Assembly (NCBI GenBank): GCA_965112735.1
Contig: OZ218958.1
Coordinates: 1,736,001 to 1,800,000 of the forward strand
DNA: 64,000 nucleotides
Direction: 5' to 3'
Origin: Phaeosaccion multiseriatum
Taxonomy: Eukaryota > Protista > Ochrophyta, other classes
Position numbers and translations under genes: made by a program. The notes under the pieces are model-generated. The model did not search any database, had not been told where the DNA came from, and saw only the letters and a program-made list of their open reading frames with translations. Each line of letters begins with the position of its first letter. Position 1 is the stretch's first letter. Positions 39,521 through 51,138 of the stretch are shown piece after piece.

Positions 39521-42500
39521 GTCTTCTCCCACCGAGCCGCTAGGCCCCTGTTCCTGCTGCACCGCCCCTGCCACCTCCCGTCCCTCTCGCTGCTGCTGCA
39601 TCCTATGCTGCCTGTTCTTGACCACAACAAGGGCGTGTATCTCTGCCCGGACGGACGGCTCCACGCCGGGGTGTCGATCGCTCAGAATAGCATTAACGGC
39701 GGCCCTGTAGTGCAAGTGCGTTGGAAGAGAGGAGAGAGAGAGTGTGTATGAGAGATCAGAGAAAAGAAACTGCAACTGCAACTGCAACTGCAACTGCAAC
39801 TGAAACTCTGATTTACTGACTTACTGTACTCACCGATAGTGCTCGAAGGCGGGGTAGCCCCCTAGTCCGACCCCATGGAGACAACGCTGCGCCTCCCGAG
39901 CGAAGGGTACATAGGCCAGGCCTAGTCGCCCCACCATGCAGGTCAAAGTTCGAAGGGCGAGGTCGAGCGTCGCCAGTTCCAGCTGCTTGCAGTTGCGCAC
40001 GGCATCGTGCTGCTGCTGTATCACCAACTGCTGCTGCTGCTGCTGCTGCGCATTGGCAAAGCTGCCACCATCGCTACTACCACCAACCCCACCAACCCCA
40101 CCACCAGCACTCAGGCCAGCACCCAAGCCAGCACGCAAGCCAGCCAGAGTTCGTCTCCAATAGCCCATTCGCTTGGCACCGTCGCACAGCACAGCCACCA
40201 ATCCATGCACCACCGTCCCTGCGCATTCCCTCAGATGCCAATTGCCCGCTGTAGTGCATTGCAACACCAGTATGGCGAGCCTCCTCTCCTCCAAGCGGCC
40301 GAGCACGGCGGCCAGGGTCGACATTATCACTGCAGCGGGAGGAGAAGCGCTGCTAGCATTACTGGCACCTCCTCCTGCTCCTCCTGCTACTGCTGCACCT
40401 CCTCCCACTCCTCCTTCTCCTCCTCTTCCTCCACCATCACCACCACCTCCTCCATCCTCTCCACTCCCTCCAGGGCTCGGAGTCGTTTTGGTGACAGAAG
40501 AGAGGAGCTGAAGTCCGTCCAGTACCACCGATGACGGCGCCTCTGAGGTCTGCTGCGCTCCTCCAGCTCCTACTCCTACACCTGTTGCAGCACTGATCAC
40601 TTCCGAGGAGCCGTGAGAGGCAAACGTGGCTGGCGCAAGTGCTGACAACGATGTCCCGCCAATACCGCCACCACCACCGGCACCGCCACCAGCGCTGCTA
40701 CCGGGACTACCAGCAGCCGCGGCAGAGTTCACACGGTGGCCAATGACTCCGACAAGTACCGGCACAAGCACAAGCAGATGGTCCCCTAAGGCACCGCCGA
40801 GCTCCGCCAGCAGCCGGAGTACCGTCGCCCGCTCTTCGTTCCGGATGGCTGCGAGGGCATACTCGTTCACTTCCTCGTCTCCTTCTCCTTCTCCTTCTTC
40901 TCGTCCGTCTTCGTCGGTCCCTCTTCTACCACCCTCGCCTCCTCCGCCTCTTCTCCTACCACCACTTCCTCCTCCTTTCCTCTCTGTGCCGTGTCTCCCG
41001 ATGTACGATGGCGACGTTCCTCTCTCCCCCCGTCCCGCTAGCGCCGCGCTCGCCTGTAGCCCTCCCCCACCCCCCCTGCCTACAGACCCTTGCACTTTGC
41101 CCACGAGCCCTCCTTCAGAAAGCGAGTGCAGCATAAGTGGCATGAGATCGGGCAACAGCAGCCGCATATGAGCATCTCCAAGCGCCCGATGAAGCGAGCG
41201 TACTGTCGACACGATCGAGGAGAGAAGCATGAGTGGAGGAGGGGCGCCTGGTGCGGCGGTACCTCCCTCCTTCTTCCCTTCCACCCCGACTGCCTCCCCG
41301 CCCTTTCCTCCACCTCTTTCCGCGCCTCCTGCGCCTTCTGCTTCTCCTCCTCCTCCTCCTCCTCCTCCTCCTCCTCCTCCTCCTCCTCCTCCTCCTCCTC
41401 CTCTTCCTCCTCCTCCTCCTCCTCCTCCTCCTCGAAGTCCTCCGCCCCCACTCCGTCCTCCTGCTTCTTCTCTTCCCCCTCCTCCCCCTCCTCCAGACGG
41501 CTCCGAGCCGACCCCTGCCGCTGCTTCCGATGCCTTCCTCCAGGATCTCACCACCACCTCCACAATCTGCTGCACCTGAGCAGCCGACATGACCGAGCCT
41601 AGATAGAGCGAGTGAGGGAGCGAGGGATTGAGGAGCGAGAAGACGATCGAGTGAGCCAAGCAAGGAAGGACAGAAGGGAGTGAGTGGGTTGAAAGAAACG
41701 ACACGATCAGTAACATGCGCGAGGACTACCCTCCCGTCCCTTCCTCCCGTCCCTCCCCTCCCTCCCCCTCCCTCCCTCCCCTCCCTCCCTTCCTCTATCC
41801 ATGCCTACCTCCCTCTATCCATGCCTACCTCCCTCCCTCCTCTCCCTCCCTTACTCACTCACCCGCGATGTCCACCAGTGTGGTGAGGTGACCGAAGAGA
41901 AGGCGAGACTGGCAAAGGCCCTCGTTGGTCAAGTCTGCTCGGGAGGAGGAGCTGTACAGAGCACTCCGACCTATCTCTTGCATCAGCGCATGGAACACCT
42001 GCACGGGCATGGTGGAAGCGTACGGGCAGTCAAGAGGCATATGGGCAGACAGACAGACAGACAGCAGCACAAGCGTCAAGACTAACCAGTTTTCCACGCC
42101 CTCCCTCCCTCCCTCGCTCCCTCCCTTTCAACCCACCTGATCCACCAGTGTCGTGAACATTGCCGCCACGCTGCCTCGTCGCTGCCGCTGCCGCTTACGC
42201 TGCCGCCGCTGCTGCTGCTCCAGCATGGGTGAGAAGAGGTAGCTCTGCCTACGCCCTTCCTTGCCCCCACCCCGGCCGTGGTTGAGCTTTTGCTTGTTGT
42301 TGATATTGTTGTTAGTGTCGGTAAAGAAGAAGCGATTGCCCTGCCCCCGTCCCTGGCCCAGGCCCTGCCCCCCCCCTCCTGCCTGGCCCATGCCCATGCC
42401 GTTGCGGCTGTGCTCCTGTTCCTCGTGTTGGTGCTCGTGTTGGTGCTCCAGTTGCAGCTGCAGCTGGCGAACGACGGACATGACGGTAGAGGCGGACAAG

Positions 42501-42970
42501 TGTGCGAACTTGGAGAGCTTGGGGTCCTGAAGCATCCCCACCAAGGAGTGCACCACTGCAGCGGGTAGGTACTGTGTTAAGGGCGGAGGGAAGGGGGGGG
42601 TATAGGGTATAGGGTATGAGGTATGGGGTATGGGGTATGGGGTATAGGGTAAGGGATATGGGGTATAGGGTATGGGTCATGGGGTGTGGAGTATGGGGTT
42701 CATAAGAGAAACGAGTTGCACATCGCATCTAAAAACGAACAAAATGACACAAGACCCCACCGCCGTTCTCCTAGTGGAGCAGTTGGTGATGCAGCGCAGA
42801 GTCGAGTAGACTCCTCTCCCTCCGTACTTGACTTGACTCTTGTCCCCCATCGCCCTCCACCCACAACCACACCCTCCACCGCTCACTGGGTTATCCCCCT
42901 CTTTTGGTACAAAATCCATCCAACCGAGGCTCTCAATTCACTTCACTTCACTTCACTCCATACTCACTCA

Positions 42971-43013
<43 letters not shown>

Positions 43014-46000
43014 CCACCTCAGCAACGTCCAGGTCTTGCAGAGACACTTTACCCCCCACCCCGTCCCCTGCGGGGTCCACGTCATGAAGCAGCGGGTCCA
43101 TCGCGAGTGCTCCGTGGGCAAGAGGAATCCTCCTGTTCATTCCGTGCCCTGTCGCGATGAGCCTTTCGTACCACCACAACGCGGAAACATCCGCGGCATG
43201 GTTGCGGTACTCCTTTGCCAGCCACCCAACATCGCCCTTCTTCCCTCCTCCTCCTTCTTTGCCTACGTGCCCCGCTGCCGCCGCCGTACCACCAACTGCT
43301 GCTGTTACTGTATCTGTTGCCGTCCCTCCTCCTCCTCTTCCTCCTCTATGAGAAGAAGGGGTCATCGCCATTGTGACAAGGCCGCGCTCTTGGGCCCCCA
43401 ACTTGGCCGGATCCATGACCCCCAACATACCCAACGTACGCACCACGTCACAACGCATCTCTTCCGCGGCGTCGCTCATCGCTGTTCTACTGCCGCCTCT
43501 CCTTGCCCTCCTACCGCCACCACCACCTCCTCCTCCTCCTCCTCCTCCTCCTCGACCACCACCACCAGCACTAATTGGAAACACGCCACCACCTCCACCA
43601 CCCCCGCCGCCGCCGCCCCCGCCGCCGATGCCCCCAAGGCCACCAAGGCCGCTACCAGTGTGGGCAATACGACCGAGACCGTAAAGGCCGCCGATGCCGG
43701 CTCTACCTGCCACACCACCAACACCACCACCAACCCCGACGGTCACGTGGTCTCGACTGGCCAGTGTGTTGAGAAGCAGCTCCAGCAGGTCCGGATACGC
43801 AAGATACGGCCAGATGACACACCCTGTCGCCGCCACAATGATACCCAGGGCTTTCACCACCTCAGCTTTGGAGGCAGGCCCTGTCTCATGCAACGCCTCC
43901 AGCAAGGCAGGCAGCAGCACGTCCCTCAACAGGGGCTCGCAGTCTTCTGGACTCAGCAGTGCGATCTCCGCCAAGGCCGAGAGAGCGGCGAGTGCAGAGG
44001 CGGAGAGAGGGTCCTCCACGAGCCCCCCCAGGCCCCCGAGCGATCCCCGAGCCCCGCTCAACGCGGCGGCAGCGGCAGCAGCAGCAGCAGCACCAGCCGC
44101 CGCAGCAGCAGAAGAAGCAGCAGCAGCAGCAGCGATGGTCGCAGTCCTTCCCTCCCCACTGTACCCGCTGTGGCCGCTTTGGGTTGTGATGGGGCTACTG
44201 GGAGCCGTTACGGCCGGGCTGTTGGGAGGAGGCAGCTTCTCCGCGTCCTCGACCCCTCTCCTCCCCTCCCTGCTGCGCTGCCGCTGCTGCGTCTGCCTGC
44301 CCAAGGTCAAGACCTGTTCAATGCCTGTGGTCAGGTCGGGAGCTGTGGCCCTCCGTCCTCCTCCTCCTCCTCCTCCTCCTCCTCCTCCCCTTCTTCCTCC
44401 TCCTTCTCTCCCCCCCCCACTTCCTCCTCCCCCTCCCCTTTCTCCACCGCCTGCTACTGCTGTCCCCCCGGTGGCGCCCCCCGCCATCGACTGCCATCCC
44501 CTGCCACCCCCTCCCCCTGCTGCTGCTACAGCTCCGGCTCCGATGGACCTCCTACTGCGACCACCCCTCGTCGCCATCTTCCTGCCCTTGCGCTGATGCG
44601 CAACAGCGAGGGGTGCCAACTCAGTGAGAAGCGGTATGACAATACTCGGCAGGTACTGGCGCATCACGCGACCGCCCTGACGAATCACTTCCGTCAGTAG
44701 CAGTATTCTCTGCCGCCTCTGCCCGGCGTTGGCCAGTGCGCGATACAGAGCCAGTTGTTCCAGGAGCGCCACCGTCACCACCCGCAGCGACGGCGTAAGG
44801 ATGGTCGGTTGGTGATACGACGCTGCCGCCAGCAGACCCGCGGCGTGCCTCCGGACCTCGAACAGTTCACCATCGTTCACAGCCAGTAGGAAGAAGGCGT
44901 TACTCCCCGCCCCTAGCAGGCCCAAGGATCGAGAGCCTCCTCCCACTCCTCCTTCTCCCATACTCATACCGAGGTAGGGCGAGGACAACAGCGGCGACGC
45001 GAGAGCCCCACCCGTGAGAAACCCGCCTCCGGGGCTTCTCGCATTCCCCCAGGCCCCTCCTGCTCCGTCTCCAGCATTCACACCCCTTTCATCTCCGTCT
45101 CCTCCTCCTCCGCCTCCTCCTCCTCCGCCTCTTCCGCGCCCAGGTCCTCCAGTGGATGTTGCGTTTACTTTGGCCGCGGTGGCAGACAGGTAAGGCAGAA
45201 GGTCCGGCCACGCTGCCAGCTGGCTGAACACGGCGAGGCGAACGGCGACATCGCTGTCCGTGCCCCCCACTATGAGCACATGTTCCAGCAGTGCGCCACA
45301 CCCCAGCCGTCTCCACTGCTCTTCCACACCACTGCCGCTCCTACTACTACCACCACCACCACTACCACCACCCCCACCATGGGCTGCCCTTCCGCCGGCT
45401 CCTCCGGAGCGGGTACTTGATCTTGGTCTTGTATGTCTTGGCAGCGCGCCCACTTCTACCCCGACCCCCTGGGCCACTCGGGCCAGAAGAGAGATGCAGG
45501 CAGTACAGGCAGCGCGCCGTACCTTCGGCCGGTGGTCCTCCATCAAGGGGAGACATTGCTCCCGAGCTAGACACAGGACCTCGGTGAGCCTTTGGCGGGC
45601 ATAGCGACATCGAGCACTACTGGTGCTGCTGGATCTAGCTTTGCTGCCCTCCCCCCCCCCCTCGTCATCTGAGGATGATGAACCACTGGAAGAAACCGAC
45701 GAAGAATCTGAGTCCGAGGATTCGGAGGAGGAGGTGGAGGAGGAGGAGGAGGAGGTGGAGGAGGAAGACGACAAAGAAGACGACGAGGAAGGCGAGGAGG
45801 CCCAAGACGAGGAGAAGGAGCGGTACTCCGACCTCGAGTCAGAGAAGTAAGCCCGCGGTTGCTCGGTCGTCCGCTCAGGGCTAGCGCCGCCCCTCCGTTG
45901 CCCCTGTCCCTGACTCTGTCCCGGTTCCGGGGGGGAAGGGGTGGCGGAGTAGAAATCGAACTCGCCGAGGACAAAGAGGGCAAAGACGAGCATCTCTCCG

Positions 46001-49000
46001 CCCACCACATCAAACCACCGTCGCCGCCGAAAGGAGCCAGGGGAAGTCTCAGACTCCGCTTCTCCTCCTCCTCCTCCTCCTCCTCCTCCTCCTCCTCCTC
46101 CTCCCCTCCCACCCCTCTGTTCCCACTGGTGCTCCTGTTCGTCTTGCTCTTGTTCGTCGAGCTCTTCCTGCCCTTCATACAAGATGAGCGACAGAGCCCT
46201 GTGCTGCTGCTCTCCATCCCCCGCCGCCTCCCCATATCCTCCTTCTCCTCCTCCTCCCCTCCCCATAACTACCAATGGTACAGACTCCCCATCTCTGCTT
46301 TCCCCTCTTGCCCTCTCGCTACCGTTAGCAGCAGCAGCAGCGGCGGCGGCGGCAGCCGCAGAAGCAGAAGCAGAAGAGGAAGCAGCAGCCACTGCATGAA
46401 GAGGGCTGTCTACCCCAGTCGAAGCAATCGCAGCAGCCATGCGAGCTCGTGTGGGCACAAGCAGATACGGATCGACCCCGCGATAGCTCTCCCAAGCCGA
46501 CAAGACAGAGGGCTCGTCTGCCCCTGCCGCTGCCCCTCTTCCGTCTCTGTCCCAGTCCTCGTGCTCAACCGCCTCTTCCTGCGTGCTGGGCCTGGTTGGG
46601 TCCTTGCTCCTCCCCCCCCCCCCCAAGCCTGCCCCCAAGACGGCTTCATCGTCATCGTCTTGCTGCCAAGCAGGGGCAGCGGCAGCATCGGTGCTCTCCC
46701 TGGCGGTCGCTTCCTTCCGATGCCACACTAAACTGTTTCTCAGGCAAGCGAGTAGGCGTGTGTGCACCCCTGCCCGCAGCTGGGGTAGCCTATCCACCAC
46801 TACCTGGTGAGGGGGTTAGTAAGTGAGTGAGTGAGCAAGTGAGAGAGTGAGTGAGCCAGTGAGTGAGTAAGTGAGAGAGTGAGTGAGTGAGTGAGTGAGT
46901 CCGTGAGTGATTGACTGAGCGAGTGAGTAAGTGAGGCAATGAGTGAGTGAGGTAGTGAGTAGGTGAGTGGGTGAGTGAGTCAGTCAGTGAGTCAGCCAGT
47001 GAGAGAGCAGAACAAATGAGAGAGAACGTGAGTGAGTGTGTGAGTGAGTGAGTGAGTGAGTGAGTGAGTATGTGAGTGAGTGACACTTACCAGCAAGGCC
47101 GCTACAAGCTGCCGACTCAGCCCCCCTGAGAAAATGTAGCCTTCCACAATGTCAGGCAACGCCTCCAAAATGTAGCTCTGATCATCATGATAGCGGTGTA
47201 TTTGCTCGCATTCTTCCTCCTCTTCCTCCTCCTCCTCCTCTTCCTCCTCTTCTGCCCCCCCCCCAGCCCTCCTTCCCTTATCCTTAACACGAGACCGGCG
47301 ACGCCCCCCCCCCTCCTCCTCCGACGGCTCCGGGGGAATCTCTGGGACAGCCGTGGCCAGAATCATCTGCAAGAGGCTGAGCGCCCCTGGGTAGAAGAAG
47401 TGGGGTGACGTCTCTTTCCGGCCCACTCCTCCTCCTCCCCCTCCCCCTCCGCCTCCTCCTCCTCCTCCTCCTCCCAAGCCTTTGCCGACGCTTTCAAGAA
47501 TATCATCCCATAGCGATTTGGGCAGTTGGAGCATCAGAGGCGGGCCCACGGCCACACCCAGTCTCGCCAGAGCCACATAGCTTCGCCACACCTCCGCAGC
47601 CGACCTGGCATGGGCAGCGGAAGCAGCAGCAGCAGCGGCGGCGGCGGCGGCATCCACTGCCTTCGAAGAAGAAGCAGAAGCTTCCTCCGAGGAGGAGGAA
47701 GGGGGGGGCTGGTCGCGATCGATAATGTCAATTCCCTTGACGGCTCCCACCGCTGCGGCTGCAAACGAAGATATCATCGCGGAGAAGTCACCACTTCCGC
47801 TTCCACTTCCGCTCCTTCTACTCCGAATAGCAATCTCTCTGTCCCAGCTTCCGCTACCGCTATTGGACCTTCTGGTCCGCTGCTGCTCCAGCAGCCGCTG
47901 CTCCTCCTCCTGCTGCTGCTGCTGCTCACGCTGCCGCTTCTGCAACCGCTTCTCCTGCCGCAGCCTGGCTTCTTCTCTGCTCTGCCTCTTCCTCTCCCTC
48001 TCCAAACTCTCTGTCTCCAGTTGGACCTTGTTGACGAGTATGGTCACCGTCTCCTCCAAGTGGGTACAGAACTTATAGGGGGCAAAGGCTGCCAACTCCG
48101 GCAAGAGACTTACGGCCAACCTTCGGATGCATAGCTCCGGGTGGTCGTGGAGAGAAATCACATAGGCAAACACCGTGCTCTCGCATAGATGCAGCAGATC
48201 GTACGAAGAGGAGGAGGAGGAGGAGGAAGAGGAAGAGGAGAAGGGGAAGGAGGAGGATGGGAAGAAAGAGGAGGAGGAGGTAGGGGTAGAGGCGGGGGTG
48301 GTGGAAGAGGATCCATCAGACAATAACCTCGAGGCGTCTCCCAAGCTCTCCCGGAGCCTTTCGTTGTACTCATCACGCCGGGTTGGTACGCGCCGATGCC
48401 TGCTGCTGTTGCTGATGCTCAGCGTGTTTGGGTCTCCCCCGCCGAACACCCCAACCACCCCGCTCACGGGGGGCGCGCCTGACCCCCTCTGCACAGACCC
48501 ACCGAGCCCCGCCACGGAAGGACCTCCTGCTCCCTTCAACTCCGACGAAGCTGAATGGCCGGCACTTCGATCAGACTGGAACGAAAGTCCTCGCTCGCTA
48601 TTCGTACCACTGCTGCTGACGCTGGAGTTGCCCGTGCTCGTTCTGCTCCTCATGGGCGTTTCACCCCCTCCTCCTCCTCCTCCTCCTCCTCCTCCTCCTC
48701 CTACTCCCCCGTCAGTGCGCCCTCTCTCCTTCCACCCACCGTCGCTGCCTCGCTCCCAAGGCCCTCTGTGCCTCAGAAGCTGCTGTATGAGGAGCAAGCT
48801 GCAGTGCACTCGGCTAACATGGACGCTCCCTGCTTCGGAGGATGCAGACGTCTTGTCGGCGGCAGAGGACCGACGGGTGTTGCTGTCCATGTCCTTTAGT
48901 TGTGACGGAAGTAGACTCAGGAGCTTGGTCTTGACGAGGCGGTGGTACCTATCCGACCTCCCGTTGTCGTGCAGTAAGTCGAGCATCTGCCCGATAGCCC

Positions 49001-49911
49001 TCGCCGCCGCCTCCCTAACCTCTCTCGCCGGGTCCAGCGCCAGCGACCAAATGTTTTGAAAAAAGTCGAGGCGAGCATCGAACACGAGACGGTAGGTGGC
49101 CGCTCCTGCCACCTCCTCGAGAATTCGAGCCGTGGCGTATCTGTCCCCCCACCAGCTTTGATGCTGCTGCTGCTGCTGCGGCTGCTGCTGATGCTGCTGC
49201 CTGGTGTTCGTGCTGGTGGTATGTGCTACGCCACCACCACCACCACCATCTGTGAGTCCGGCGGCGCTCGTACTCACTGCTCGCCGAAGACCCCCTCCCC
49301 CAGCCTTGCTCGTGGATACGCCCATGGCAGCAGGGAGAGGGGCCAGGCCATCGACTCCTCCCACTCCTCCACCTCCGCCGCCATTTGTGAAGGAAACGAG
49401 AGCCGACATGGCCGGGCGGATGATGAACGCCTCCACAAAGCTCCGGGTGGAAGACCCGTCTGCTGCCACTCCGAAGCGAGTCAAGAGGCCCAGGAGACTA
49501 GCGCACACATCGATTAGATACAGGTGCCGTCCTTTCCCGGCATCAAAGCCACTGCCGCTGCTGTCATCGCCGCCGCCTCCTCCTCCTCCTCCTCCTGCTC
49601 CTCCTCCTCCCGTCCCCACCAATGCCAGCCCCCCCGCGAGTAGGTCAGACAGCCGCTGCGCCAACAGCACACTTCGGTTCCTCCCTCTGCCGCCTCGATA
49701 CCTGCATACAGAGGGTTGGCGGCGCAGAGGAGAAGAGCGGATGGGAAGGGAGAAGTGACTTTGACCGTCCTCCGAGAAGGCTTTGAGTCCGCATTGTATG
49801 CAGGTTGAGGAGGGCAGAGGTAAGAAAAACGATCCAAAACATGCACAGGCCCATGCGGGAGGAGAGACCTTGGAGGAGTAACAAACTCAAACTTCGACTA
49901 TGGACTATCTT

Positions 49912-49942
<31 letters not shown>

Positions 49943-50821
49943 ATGTGATCCACCCACCTGGAGGCTCCAGCAGCGCTTCCTCCTGGCATTCGTATCGACG
50001 CACAAGAGGAAATGTGCAGGCGGTACTGGTCCAGGGGCTGCAAGGACGCACCGTACGTGAGAGCAGACTGAAAGGCGCGCCCACCACCTCCGCTGATGCT
50101 ACTTGGGCCGCCGCCCCCCCCTCTGATGGAGGCTGCCCCTGCGCCTACCGCCGCGGCTGCTGCTGCTTTCATGCTCGGGTCAAACGGGAGGAGTTCACCA
50201 GCAGACCTCATGTGGAGGATTGCATGGAGGAGGCGTAGAGCACCGAGCACCTGTACACACACACATACAGCGCGGGAACGTGAGGTTGGGTACATACCGT
50301 GCTGAAGAGAGCAAAGGGGGGAGCACGGTGGGGAACAAGTAGGGAGGCGGAGGCGGATATGAGTTGTATGTAGTACGCACCTCATCGGCCCTGCTGCTAC
50401 CCAGGCAGGCCAGAGCCAAGCTCTCCCACTCCACCGCCAGGAGCTCTAGTGCATCAGAGGGTGTGGCCTCTCGCTCGCACGCTGTCACAGTGGAATGCTG
50501 CAGCTGCCAGACCGCCTCCTCTGCCCGCGATGAGTCCCAGCTACATAGGCTGACGGGAGAGAGCGAGCGAACGGGAAGAGAGAGAGAGAGAGATGGAGAG
50601 AGATGGAGAGAGAGAGAGAGAGAGAGAGATAGATAGAGAGAGATGGAGAGAGAGAGAGAGGATGAGAAGTGAGTGAGTGAAAGAGGTGAGAGAAAAGGAA
50701 AGGGCAAGTCAAAGCAACAGCTATGTATACAGCGGAGAGTAATACGCATCTATACGTACTCTGGCCAGAGGGGTTGCACCAGGGGAGGCATCGCCTGCTG
50801 CTGTCCGAGGTGAAGAGGCAT
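27319..50821 (-). CDS. TOR: Target of rapamycin (TOR) PIKK-family Ser/Thr kinase, 19 exons, ~6,044 aa as modelled
   Basis: [36 protein letters not shown]. Kinase [80 protein letters not shown]...[54 protein letters not shown]. Phase-consistent exons: 50821-50760, 50549-50381, 50250-49958, 49701-47091, 46803-43018, 42571-42137, 41998-41863, 41598-39834, 39704-38711, 38394-38254, 37989-37836, 37571-35878, 35200-31739, 31548-30656, 30410-30252, 29739-29542, 29332-29240, 28612-28526, 28321-27319. Confidence 0.93.
35241..35650. repeat. (GGGTGA)n hexamer array in a TOR intron, reading (CCCTCA)n on the sense strand
   Basis: Directly visible. It lies in the 3' half of the intron, next to the acceptor at 35201. 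Confidence 0.95.
46820..47080. repeat. (GTGA)n tetramer array filling a TOR intron, reading (CTCA)n on the sense strand
   Basis: Directly visible. Confidence 0.9.
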
Positions 50822-51138
50822 CCTCGCGCTCTCCCTTCCTTAGCGTAGGCAGCCTTCGTATCGAGTATCCATGAGCGGCACGGGAGCGAAAAATTGCCAC
50901 AGCCCGCTTCTTTACGTCCTCCTAATAAGGACAATCCTTCACATCATCAAGATCGGATGGCACTTGATGGATCAAACACAAACAAAAAACAAAACGTGTG
51001 CAAAATAACCTCGCTCCCACAGCAGTGTTGTTGATGTACCCATCTCTCTCGTTCTGTTTCCGAGCTCGGAGGCTCTGAGAGAAAGAGGCAGACGGAGGCG
51101 GTCCGGTGGGAGAGCCGAGGGAGGGCGCCTCTCTCAAA
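50822..51138. promoter_or_regulatory. Probable bidirectional promoter between TOR (-) and TerC (+), 317 bp
   Basis: Short, repeat-free interval between divergent start codons. The same arrangement occurs at 8607-8830, 16101-16478 and 57394-57530. Confidence 0.5.

Noticed and set aside
42904-44700. 598-aa + strand ORF and other ORFs antisense to TOR
   Set aside because: Shadow ORFs of GC-rich, low-complexity TOR exons with no recognisable domain.
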